Positions 1-12,499 of a stretch of 64,000 bases of DNA are shown piece after piece. Location of the stretch: contig CT867988.1 in NCBI GenBank assembly GCA_000165425.1, positions 155,370 to 219,369 on the forward strand, in the 5' to 3' direction. Below the pieces are notes generated by a model, which saw only the letters and a list, made by a program, of their open reading frames with translations, was not told the DNA's origin and made no database searches. The translations under genes and the position numbers were made by a program. The DNA is from Paramecium tetraurelia. Taxonomy: Eukaryota. Numbering within the stretch: the first letter of the stretch is position 1; each line of letters starts with the position of its first letter.

Positions 1-159
1 TGTCAAAAGAAATGTACCGATGCTAAGGGTGTAAGTTGCGGAAAAGCTCAATAAAATTGCTGTAAACCAAATGACTGCAAGGAGGAAGACAATTGGTATG
101 GAAGTTCATTTGTTTGCAATGCAAGAGTCCCAGTTGAAGGCTGCACTAAGCCCAAGTGA
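1..159 (+). CDS. 3' end of small Cys-rich (knottin-like) protein; 5' end outside window
   Basis: Frame 1, code 6: CQKKCTDAKGVSCGKAQQNCCKPNDCKEEDNWYGSSFVCNARVPVEGCTKPK then TGA at 157-159. 8 Cys in 52 aa; higher GC than flank. Confidence 0.7.
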
Positions 160-1830
160 AAATGAGCATATTCATTTAATTATTCAAATCATAATTCCAT
201 TCATATCTTCTCTGATACAACGAAATCTCAAAATGACATAACAATTGTTTTCTCCTTATGCACTGTCCACATGATGCACTATCATATTTATTATCTCAAT
301 TAGATGTAACAGCCAAGCACAAAGCATATTAGAACTGTTCTTCTAATTAATAAAAGATTCTTTTGAATCTTATGACTAATATGTATATTTATTTGCATTC
401 TTATGTATAAAAAGATATGTTTTAGTTCGTTGTAATGAAATAATTTCCTCAAGAACAAGACCCATAACTAGACTATTTACTCAGAAATTATGAACAATGT
501 AAATTAAAATAGAAGTACAGATTTTAATTTTTAAACCAGGCTTTTCTATCTGATATTTAAAATTAATATGTTTAAGAATTATAAATCCTCTCGATGATAA
601 CATTACAATTCTTTATTTGGAGCCAATGTTTTGAATGACAAGTAAGATTCAAATTTAAAATTTACTTCTAACTTACCAAAGATTTCAAATAATTTGATTA
701 ATCAATTTTAAAATAGTTGTTGTGATAACATAAAAACTAAACATATACATAAATCTATAAACTAATGAAGTATAATATCACAATGAAAAAAATAATATTA
801 ATTTATTTTATTGATAATTAAGAAAATCTAATAGTAAATTAATTTAAATATGTATTCATATATAAAATATAAGCTTGGTTAATATGATAAACAAGCTATC
901 TATAAATTAATTAAAATAGAACAATAAAATTATATATTATATTTTTATTTTTTAATCTTAAAAAAAGCCTTCACTCTTTTAAATAATAAATGATAGATGA
1001 ATAAGACCTTCTGTATTATTTGATAAAGTATTTTTATTGACTCATGTATGCTTTGTTGTTCTATTGAAGATTTATATCAAAGTTATCAAATAATAATAGA
1101 AAATCGAATAAGTTTGGTACATGATTGTTAACTAATTTTCAGCTGTTTTTTGATCATATTATTAAAAAATTTAGGAGGTCTTATAAAAATCAAAGTATAT
1201 TTAATAATTGATTAACCTTAAGCCTAGAAATCCTCTTAAAGTGAATTCTTAGAGAACAATTCTTTAAATCTATCTTTCTAAAATTCTTGCCATACTCATA
1301 AAAAAATTCAATTCTTTATAATCATTTTAAAAGGAACCTTAGCTGAAATGAATTCTCATTTATATTTTTTGATTGTAATCCGCCCCCTCTAATCGTTTCA
1401 ATAGATTCAATTTTTGAATTTTAATATTTTAAATAACAATTGTTTCATTCCCTTCCAAATCATCCTTATCTTGAATAATTATTGTTCATAATCATTATGC
1501 CAATTGGTTACTTTTGGATTTTGGAATAATCCTCACAGCTTTCTAACAATATTTACATGTTTAATATATATATTACAATAATTAATAATGTCGTTATTAT
1601 AATCTAACTAATTTAAAAATACAAAGTAATTTAAATACAGGTATAAATGGTATTATATAATTAGAAAGATGAAACATTGAGGTAAATACTCACATTCTTG
1701 TATTAGTTCATGATCAATTAATTATTTTATGATGAATAATTGTAATTAATACGTTTGCGATAAATTAAAATATAATTTTAGATTGAAGATTGTTGTTTTT
1801 CGAGTAGATGAAATATGATCTTATTAATAC

Positions 1831-2367
1831 TCAACCATGAAACTTTTTTGATACTTTGTAAGGATGTCGAATCCGAGATTTGATATTTGATCCTGCGACT
1901 AGCCCATCATTTTATTTATAAAAATTTGAATCTATTTCTGGATAAGGATAATTCTTATCTCCTAAATAGTGAAGGGGGATGCTTAGATTAAATAAGAAGT
2001 CTTACAGATTTCTTTTCTTTTATAATGTAGGCACTCGAGATTTTCTTTGCATTATATCTTCTAAGCTAACCAATCCATCTGTTTCTTTATTTGCTTAAAT
2101 AAAGGTTCGTTTTCCAATTGACAAATCTTCGTGATGCAAGCTTTCTTTTGAGGTACAATGCTTTTTTTATTTTTCTAATTGCAGAATAAAGTATGGATTA
2201 CCTAGCAGATCAGATGGACCACCAAACCAATCTAATTTTGATGCGCTTTTATCTGAATGACAAGGTGTCAAACTAGGAAATCCTCCTATTTCAACACTTG
2301 GCTTAAATTTAAATTGAAACCGCCCTGTTGAACTTGCTTAATAAAATTGCGATTTAGGGGTATTCAT
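1831..2367 (-). CDS. SPATS1/SASRP1-like protein (3' end uncertain)
   Basis: ATG at 2367, MNTPKSQF... Contains IGKRTF..SLEDIMQRK..KRN..LGDKNYPYPEIDSNFYK..GLVAGS, resembling the recalled SPATS1 motif (GDxPYxYPExSxxFxK). Possible in-frame 27-nt intron; first in-frame TGA at 1831. Confidence 0.5.
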
Positions 2368-3249
2368 GTTTGTTATTAAAATTAAATTAATATGGCTATG
2401 TCGATAATGTTTCCAAATATTCGTATTTTTCAATTGAAATATTTCGAAAAGTTGTGTCCCATTTATATGATATTAAAAAATGTATGTGTAATGATTAAAT
2501 ATTATTATCTAAATGAATCAAAATTAATTTATTCTAATCTAAATCCTCTAACTGATTGTTGGCTTATCAATATAAGAAAGTTCATTCATACCAAATTATA
2601 GATAGAATTTTGAGATAATCACAGTATTGAGACTCTAGACAAATATAATTTGACACTTTTATTTTAACTAAAATAGTTAATTGTGTTTTAATGTATTTTG
2701 ATACTGCCATCAATTATATATAAGCATCAATCAGAATTTATAATAATTTTTGATTAATTATATTTCTTTTGATTTTTATTAGAGTTAATAAATTTAGACA
2801 GGTGTATAATTTTTTTTTCATCTTTAAAAGGATTAGAAAACAAAACTTTATGAAGTAAATGGCAGTAGTTTAATCAGTTTTCGTATTTATATATTTTCTA
2901 AATAGGATTTTATTAGTTGGTATTGATCTTTACATGTATTGTTAAATGAAAATCATGGCCTCTTTATTGAGATGAATAGAAGTTATGTGGTTTGATGTTT
3001 TATTAGTTATAATAAATTATTAGAGATTTAGGAATTAATTTTTACACAAAAATATAAAAAATTAGATAGAAGATAATGATTATAATGCTCAATTGAAAAA
3101 TTATAAAACTTCTTATTCATTTACATTCAAATTTTCATAATATTATATACTTCTATTAGATCTAACACAAATAAGAAAGTGGGGCTATCAGAAAAATTAG
3201 AAATTGAAGGAACAATATATTATTATTTATTTTTTACAATTGATTTTAG

Positions 3250-6200
3250 ATGCATTTGTTTAGCCATGATGAAATTAATTTATTGGAGGTATCCAAATAG
3301 AGGATTGCTAGGCCGCTTAAGATGGAAAGTTAGAGTTCATAAATAAACAGTTAATATCTTTGACATCAAAGCAATTATAGGATGCTTGCAAAAAGACAGA
3401 TTATTATGGTCGAAATGCTTTACATTATGTAAATGGATTACTAAAATAGGCTGCTTATCGAGGACATTATGACGTAGTTGAATATTTTCTTGATTTGTAG
3501 TGTATAAACATAAATTCCAAGGATAATAAAGGTAAAGAAATAGAAACTATGAATAAGGCAATACAGCGCTTATGTTAGCTTGTGTAAGAGGATATAATTA
3601 GGATATCTCAACTCTTAAATAAGGTTCTAAGTTTGCTATATGTGCCTTGCTTTTAGATAGAGGGGCATCTCTTTAAGAATTCAAGAAACATGGAATAAAT
3701 AACCCTTTACATTGGACTTGTTATTTTGGAGACTTAAAGACTACAAAATTATTGATGTCTGTGGAACCTAGTTTAAGTAATTGAATGAATTGAAATTGTA
3801 GTGATGTACTCGAATGACAAAGATTAGTTTCCAGTAGATTTGGCTTTGATGGCAGGAAAGGAGTTAGATGATAGAGTAGAGGATGAAAAGGTGTTGGAGT
3901 TTATGATAATGAAGTTCTTAGCATAGAATTTGGATAATGATGAACATAAAAGAAGGTTGGAGTTGTCGTCAGATGAACATGAATCATATAGATAATTGCA
4001 GTATATTAATTTGAACTTTAAATCAACCAAGTAATTAACCCAAGTAGGACTTCGTTACTTGTTTTGGGCAAGTACATTGGGAAGATTGGACTTAGTGGAA
4101 CCTTTGATTAATTAACGATACTCTCCTTTTGAGCCATCCTATAAGGGTAGAAGTGCTTTACATGCTGCTGTTTATCATAATAGAAAGGAGTTGGTTGAAT
4201 ATTATTTGGAGTCTGAAGCAGTGAAGGAATTCAGAACAGAGAATGTGATTAATAGGATGACAAAGGATAAACCCCAGACTGCATTGCATGTGGCTGTTGA
4301 GAAAGCACATATTGATATAGTAAAAACATTAATAAAGAAAGGAGCGGATCCTAATTAATACAATTTTCGTAATCAACGAGCTTTTGATTAGTCAAGATTG
4401 ATTGAGATTAAGCATTTGAAGAGGCAATTTATGAATCATTTGCAAAAGAATTATTTGAGATCAGGATACAATCATGTGTTGGTGGGATGGGAAAGATCAA
4501 AGAACCAATTATTGGAATAATAATTCTATAATATCTAATAAAAGAAGAATGTTGAGAAAGGAATGTTTAAATACTTGCCTATCGAATCTATAGATAAATA
4601 ATACACTTATTATTGTTTGAAGGTTGATGAGAAGCTTAAAAATTTGATAGCTGATGAAACTAAAATGATGATATACAATTCAAGGGAAGGGTACTTATGT
4701 CCATTCAACATTACTATTCAAGAGGAATTTGAAAACTTTCATCATGTTCATGATCAATAGATATTATAGACCTTATTGTATGATGAATTTGACATTGATT
4801 AATTTATTAATGATGGTCTATTGATTGAATAATATCCTGTACATGATGAGGAAGAGAAAGAATTGATTCTGAAATTTTGGAGGAATGAGAGATTTCACAT
4901 ATTATTTGAACCATTTTAATTAAAAAAATCATAAAATCGAACATTTAGTGCTTTATCTTCTTACTTTGGAGCAGAGGTAGGATTTTTTTTTGTTTTCTTA
5001 TGCTTTTTTACAACATGGCTATTTTTGCCTGCCATTCCAGGATTATTAATAGGAATATTTGATTTTGTTGGTGAAGATTCAGTATATGCCATAACTCCAA
5101 TCTATACATTGTGTATGGCTGTTTGGGCAACAATATTTTTTGAGTTCTGGAAGAGGAAATAAAGTGAAACTATGTACAATTTTGATATGCATGTTGCTAA
5201 GGAATAACGAAGAAGGATTCCTTAATACAAAGGAGCCTTTATTATTGAAGATGTCACTCACACCATTGAAATTATGGATACTAGAAATGTTTAATGGAAG
5301 TATTTTAAATCAAACACTCCCCTCGTATTTTTGGCAATCATCATTATTGGTGGTGAACAATTTGGGTATTACTATCTCAAATAAATTAATGAAGGAGATC
5401 AACTTTATGATTCATTATGGGCATGTGTCTTAGCATTTTCAATTCTTTTTACGAATGAAATCTTTAGCATTTTGGCAAAACATACATTAGTTTATGAAAA
5501 TCATCAATATCAAGATGAAAGGGAGAATGTATACATTCTAAAAGTATTTGCATTCACCTTTTTGAATTCATTTGGTCGACTATTCTATAGAAGTATCATT
5601 AAACCAGATTCCGAAGAATTAGACTTATTAAGCATGTCATTTACAATAACGTGGTCTGTCGTTCATTTGATTAGATACACTCTTTACCCATTAATATCCT
5701 TTACATTTATAAGGATTAAATTTAAATGGGATTTTAATAAATACAAATAAAGCAACTCAAAATAAATAGCTGCAGTGTAAAGAGTAAGTATCTATGATAC
5801 TGAAACCAGTGCCATAAACAAATAATCTGATAAAGGATAATCTTCTATATACTTTCTATCTTAACTTGAATTAAATAGAAGAATGATTGATCCTCCAAAT
5901 CATGTTGAATAATTTACCTATTTTGTAAATCTTGATATTAATCTAGATAATTCAATTTTGTATGGCCACTATGTTTAGTGCTGGGTCTCAAATCATTCCT
6001 ATAGCTATTTTGATTTTTAATATTCTTAATATTGAAGGTCTCCTTTATGGATATAGAAAATTTGTAAAGAGACCATTAGCTACACCAAAGAAGAGCATTG
6101 GTGTATGGAATGACATTCTGTAATTAGTTGGATATATTGGGATTGTTTCAAATTGTTTATCTATTTATCAAGCTAATTAAAAATAATTGAATTCTTTGAT

Positions 6201-6460
6201 AGGAGAAGATTCAAATTCCTCTAACGATTCTAATAATGTATTCAAAAAAATTTAATTAGCTTGGACTTCGAAACTTCTTGTTCCTTATTGTTGCAGAACA
6301 TATTGTAATTGGAATCAAATTTGTAATCGAAGGAGTAATACCAGATGAACCTGAATGGGTTGAAATGGTACTCAAAAGAGAAGAATTTTAGTCAGAAAAG
6401 AATAAGTTAAAGTAAGGGGAACATTCTAAAACTTATGAAATCAAAACAAAAAAAGAATGA
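3250..6460 (+). CDS. Ankyrin-repeat + anoctamin (TMEM16)-family membrane protein
   Basis: N-terminal ankyrin motifs (GRNALHYAAYRGH, GNTALMLACVRG, NNPLHWTCYFGD, GRSALHAAV, QTALHVAVEKAH). Anoctamin motifs YFGAEVGFFF, EFWKRKQ, YENHQYQDEREN, IIQF, KRP..SIGVWNDIL, AEHIV..IPDEPEWV. Several micro-introns; TGA 6458-6460; start approximate. Confidence 0.9.
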
Positions 6461-6493
6461 ACTTTGTTTTTATATATATAATTAATTTAACTG

Positions 6494-8203
6494 ATGAATA
6501 GCAAAACTAACTTAAGATAAATGATATCAAAAAGAACTCCTTTAAATGAAAGAGTAAACAGAAACACATACGATTAGGATGTTAAATCTACTAATAAATC
6601 ATTTACTTCTGGTAAAAAATAATCAGCTAATAAAATAAACTCGATCATTAGTGACATGCTGTCAAAACGTTAAAGTTCATAAGATATCTAAAATCCAAAA
6701 GCATCCTTGATTAGATTAGACACTAGTAATCAAAATACATCATAGAGATCTATTTCACCTACCAAACTATATCAAATGCCTGAATCACTCAAAAAAATAT
6801 ATAACTAAATCCATCAAAAATTTGCTGATTCATCCAACTCTAAAAATTTCACTAGACCAAAGTCAAAACTTCTTAAGTAAAGAACAGAAGAATCAAAGTT
6901 TTCAACTCAATGCACACCCACTTCAGATTACACTGAATAATATTTGACCAACTTAGTCAATCAAGAGGAGTGCGTCTTTACTATTTTGGCCGTTGTTACT
7001 AAACAAAGAAAAGTAGTAAAGTTGTGTTAGAATTTTCTGAATGCTATTCCCCAATCTTAAGGAGATTGCAAAGATATTATTCAATAGAAAATTGTGTGTA
7101 AACAAATGCTGTTAGAAAGAATGGGAATTTTCGTTATTATGCTCTAAGCTTTGACCCAAAATTATGAGGATGAATTATAACATATTAAGAATCTCTTACT
7201 TTATATACACAATGGTATGGTGATTTATCTAGAGTTTTTAATCAAGCAAAATCTAACTGAGGATTAGAAGCACATTCTTTAGAATAGATTAAGTAAAATA
7301 AAACAAAATAGAAGAGCGAACAAAGCAGTTTAGGATATTACTTAATTGAAGAAACATGCCAATGTTGTTCATTCATTATTAATCTTATTGTAATCATTTG
7401 AATTAAATTTGTAGCATAGAAAATTCGAGTGATTTAAAGTGTGCAAGACTGGAGAAATTGTTATAAAATATCGATTAGATTTCATTATAATAAGGCACAA
7501 TGCTAATCAAACAATAATTTGAGAAAGTCATTTGTGAAATCAATAAGATGAGGTAGACTATAGATACTAATGAAACTGAGAAGACTCTCGAATAAGAAGA
7601 AATAGAAAAACATTTGGAACTCAAAATACCTTACTTGCCAAAATTTAATGGGTATACTTTGGTGATCGATTTGGATGAAACTTTAGTTCATTATCAAGAA
7701 GTATTTTTATATGATTGATCAAGTTAGTAGATGATGGTTAATTCTTAGTTAGACCATATGCTGAACAATTCTTAATTGAAATGAGCAAATATTATGAAAT
7801 AGTGATATTCACAGCAGCATTGCAGGATTATGCAGATTTCATCCTAGATTTGATCGACAAAGACAATGTCATTTCTCATAGACTGTACAGATAGCACACT
7901 ACATAAATAGATGGAACACATGTTAAAGATTTGACATTTGTCGGTAGAGATTTAAATACAACTATCATAATTGATAATATGGCTGAAAATTTCTAGCATC
8001 AACCAGAAAATGGTATTTGCATCTAAAGTTGGTATGGCGATGAGGATGATAGAGCTTTATATTAATTGGCTCCCATTCTATCGCAAATAGTTATTAAAAA
8101 ATGCAAAGATATCAGGAATGCTTTGAGATGTCTTAGAAATTAAATGCTTGAAAACATAGAAAATGGTGTTGAAGATCCTCACTTGCATTTATCATTGAAT
8201 TGA
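6494..8203 (+). CDS. FCP1/SCP-family (CTDSPL-like) HAD phosphatase with long N-terminus
   Basis: YTLVIDLDETLVH (DxDxT), RPYAEQFL, YEIVIFTAALQDYA, KDL..VGRDL..IIIDN, QPENG; TGA 8201-8203. Confidence 0.9.
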
Positions 8204-8271
8204 TATTCTTTATGATATAATTTTAAATAATTAACTTTTATTTTCTAAAATATTAATATTATATATTAGTT

Positions 8272-9569
8272 ATGAATCTGTTATTTTGCTTATTTTTTTA
8301 TGTCCTTTTTGTCCAATCCCTAATTAAGGAATTTCAGGCTATCCATGACTTTTTATTAATTGAAATTTTCAGTGATGAATGGCCTGATATGAAAATAGAA
8401 GTCGCAGAAAACTAGCTTATCATGGGTGAAATTGCATAGGAAAGTACTCAATATTTATCCATGTATTACAAACTCAAAATTGGAGTATAATATAAATTAG
8501 ATATTTTTGTCTTGCCTGATAGTAATGTTACTATTCAAGAGGTCCCTTAGAGAAATTGTCCAAATAACTGTTCCAATCAGGGAATCTGTTAAAACTTGCA
8601 ATGCCACTGTCAATCTATGGCAGCAGGGTATAAAATGCTGATATATAAATGTAGAGATAGATGCCAATTTGAAGTTGCTTAACTCTACAATATGACTCAA
8701 TATTCTGCAAACCTAAAGCCTCATTAAACATAGATTATTGGAGTCTTTTATTAGCAGTCTCAAATGATAGATGACTAAAAGTAATAGTTTATTAAATTTT
8801 GAGTTAGACAAGAAATTTCCAAATTTAGTCATCTTCCTCTATAAATTCGTAGATTTTTCTACTTTACCCTTTTTAAAGTGCTTATTCAAATATGGTTGAC
8901 AGCAAATTGATTTATGAGGGATAGTTGAAATCAACTCCTTAGGAAATCGATTATTCTAGTAAGTTCTAAAGGTACCATATTGAAGCCAGTTACTTCACTT
9001 TTCTCTTAGTATTAAAAAACATGAATTCTCAGAAATAAGATGTCGTTCTTAAATATCAACTATTGGATAATGATTAAAAATTCCAAGATTTTATATTAGT
9101 GGCAATTCTGAGTGTAATTTCATTCATCATATTGCTGATTATAATTTATGTGGTTAGAAGAAGGTGTTAATTTTAATAATAGAGTAAAATCAAAGAAAAT
9201 CAAGAGGAGGATTTTTCAGATAATATCGCAATCTAATTCATGCCTATAGTAAATCCAGTCAAAGATTAAGTCTGTGTAATTTGTTTAGATCCATTAGATG
9301 ACAGGTTGTGTAGATAAACTCCATGCAAACATATCATGCATGATAACTGTTTAAAATAATGGATTTAAAAATAATTGAGTTGTCCCATGTGTAGAGAAAC
9401 ATTTAACGATGTAGAATACATACCCAGAGTCTTTAAGTCAAGAAATCAGACTTCCAATACATTAATTCTCAGTCACCAAGGCCAATCTATTGTATAAAGT
9501 GAACGTAATTCTGTTCGTTCTATGATCATCACTCGCACAAGATAAAGTAGATTGGCTGTTTTTTAATGA
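8272..9569 (+). CDS. Type I membrane protein: signal peptide, EGF-like domain, TM helix, cytosolic RING-H2 E3 ligase domain
   Basis: MNLLFCLFFYVLFVQS signal; CPNNCSNQGICQNLQCHCQSMAAGDRC (EGF-like, across an intron); TM FILVAILSVISFIILLIIIYVV-RRR; CVICLD..CKHIMHDNC..W..CPMCR. Confidence 0.85.
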
Positions 9570-9721
9570 AAATTGATTATTATTATAATCTTCATAGATT
9601 TTATATGTACTTCTATTGATATTCAATCTGTTATTTATGTGGATTCAATAAATTTATGTGACTAATTTAATATATTTCTATATTCACTACTAAAACATTA
9701 AATAAATTAAAATCTTTTTTA

Positions 9722-10276
9722 ATGCCTCCCAAAGTCGACCCAAATGAAGTTAGATTGATCAATATTAAAGTCTTCGGAGGAGAAGGTGGTCCAGCATCAA
9801 CCCTTGCTCCAAAGTTGGGACCTCTCGGTCTTGTAATTATAATTGCATAATATACACACAGAATCCTAAATAAGTTGGTGATAAAATTATTGCAGAAAGT
9901 GGAAAATGGAAGGGTATCAGAGTTATGGTCAACTTGAGATGCCAAAATAGAAATGCAGATGTTACAGTCATCCCTACATCAAGTGCATTACTAATCAAAG
10001 AAATTGGAGTATAAAATATTCACAAATTAATTTATTAAGGGTTATGAAAGAGACAGAAAGAAAACCAAGAATGTTAAACACAACGGAAATTTGACACTCG
10101 AGTAAGTCATCAAAGTTGCCAGAGCTGTAGAAGAGAAGTCTCTTGCCAAGACCTTCACAGGAACAGTCAAATAAGTGTTGGGTACTGCATAATCTCTTGG
10201 TGCTACAGTTGATGGACAACCAGTCAAAGCAATAATTGGAAAGATTAATTCTGGTGAACTTAAAGTTGAAAAATGA
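9722..10276 (+). CDS. RPL12: 60S ribosomal protein L12 (uL11)
   Basis: [62 protein letters not shown]; two micro-introns; TGA 10274-10276. Confidence 0.97.
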
Positions 10277-10687
10277 TAATGATTATTAATTATTTCATAT
10301 TATACACAAAATAATAATATCATCAGTTAAAAATATTTTATTAAGATTTTTCAACTGCTCACTATTATTAAAGTAAATCTATGTATCTATCTTTCTAAAT
10401 TGCTTTTATTCTTCCATATAAATTATAATACTTATATGTAATTATTTTACATCATTATTTGATGTTTCAAAATAATTATTTTATTAAATTTTCTAACTCT
10501 ATTTTTAAATTTCATTCAATATCTTAGAGATACTCAAAAGCCAATATAAGTCTGATCATAAGCAAAGTTTAGCCATCTTCAATTTATTTGGAGGAGGGAA
10601 TGAGATAATTATTCCTATTTATTAATTAAATAATAAGAATTAGAGATTAAATGATTTGTAAAATTTATGAATAATCAAAGAAGAAGT

Positions 10688-11409
10688 TCACATTTTCATT
10701 TATCTATATTATTCATTAAGTTTTTTCAGAATTTTTAACTTATTTTTTCCATCATCTTCAACATATTCTTGATTTTCAGAGATAAGGTCTGGCAAAAATT
10801 GCGTATTTTTGTTCATTAAAAAAGAGGGCTAATTCTTCTCATTACAACTAAAACATGAAAGGTTTAAAGTAGAGAATTACTGACTGGGGTGATCCTAGGA
10901 AGAAATCATTTTCATTTCTTAATTAAATGTATCTAGGGCTGTTGAATTATCCAGAAGGTTCATAATTTTGAGTTTATTTTATTCTAATATTCTTGTTATG
11001 GCTTATTCATGGCTATTTGATAAATTCATTTGCTGTTCTTCTGCAATTTGCTTTTAGAATTCATATTACTCCACACTTATTTTCGACAGGTTTGCGTGCC
11101 TAAATGAGATATATGTATACGGATCATCAGCTACAAATAACATAAATTGAAATGTTGAATTCAAAACCTTATCCCTTTTAACTTTCTTATTTATCCGACC
11201 CTGTTTCTTATAAACTTAATATATAGCTTTAATAGTCGAGGCATTGTGTCCTGTTATCATCGAGACCTTAATAATACTACCCCATATAGCCTTACATGTG
11301 AAGTAGAGTACTTGTATTCCTCAATATAATTTATTATTTAAGCTCTCTCGGAGGAGCTTATACTTTGATATTTTTATCTTTAAACTTTCTATTTTTTAAT
11401 TTTCATCAT
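10688..11409 (-). CDS. Helix-turn-helix (paired/Tc1-like, homeodomain-like) putative DNA-binding protein
   Basis: MMKIKKQK..KYQSISSSERAQIINYIEEYKYSTSH|VSMITGHNASTIKAIYQVYKKQGRINKKVKRDK after removing a 29-nt intron; frame open to TGA at 10688. Confidence 0.7.
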
Positions 11410-12499
11410 AAAATAAATCTCTACAGAGAAGTATCATATATTGCAATATCAAAGGATTTTCTCCATTAAACGTCCGACCTCTAATGGGCATTAACAAAAC
11501 TCCATATTTAAAACTTAAATTTACTGAAACAGTTACAAATTGTAATATCAAAAGTATGACTATAAATAATTTGTTAATTTTCTATGCTTTATTTTTAGAT
11601 ATTTCAAACCATTTTATATTATTAAAAACTAATTTAGAATTTTAACTAAGAGGAAATAACATATTCACTCTTGATATTTGATTAATGGAGAATTTGGCCA
11701 TTCTAAAGATGGATATCATCTCCATCGATTATATTTATTATCATAAATAGAAACTTCTACTATTGGAATAATTTACTTGTCTAAATATTTAATAATCTTA
11801 AAAAGAAATCTAACAAAATCAGTATTAACTCTGGATTAAATGAGAATAATATTACATTAATGATTCAACTTTTTTCAAGGTTGCTTTAATTTTTACTAAT
11901 AGCTTATTATATACGATCTATTTACTTTTGCTTAAGAAATACTTCATCAATGGGGATGAATAGCTAGTTTTATGTTAAAAGCTTGAATTAGTGAAACCTT
12001 ATAAATTTACCATAATTAGTTGAAATTTTATTGAGATGATCTTATAGCAATTTATAATTCAACATCTAATTCTTTCCTCTAAAAATCATGGGTTTAATTT
12101 CTTGATAGCTCAAGAGAAAAGCAGAAACAAATCCGCAATTATACTATATCTGAGCAATACTAAGAGCCTATGCAAAGTAATTATTATAATATTTAATTAT
12201 TTAATTAATCAAAATTGATAAATAATTATGAATTTATAATTAGTCAGCATCATTGAATAAGAAACCAATATAATTTATTTTGTTCAATTGTTGAGAATAA
12301 CAAGAATTATGTAAAGTTCTAATTCAAAATATTAAAGAATATTTTATTTTAAATCCTTTTAATCTTTAATTATTGTCATTCCGTTCATAATCTTCTAATC
12401 GTCGTTTACCAGTGATCACAAGTCTTATTCATTACTTCTTCACTTTTAATACATTACAAACTATAACTGATATATATAATTAAAACATATAACTTTTTC

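Noticed and set aside
160..1560. Weak coding-like patches (WD40-like words; ORF from 1558 on the minus strand)
   Set aside because: Frames close quickly and no consistent intron set was found; with one stop codon, long chance ORFs are expected.
11685..12180. Plus-strand ORF starting MENLAILK
   Set aside because: Stops after about 50 codons, no recognisable motif and no clear intron rescue.
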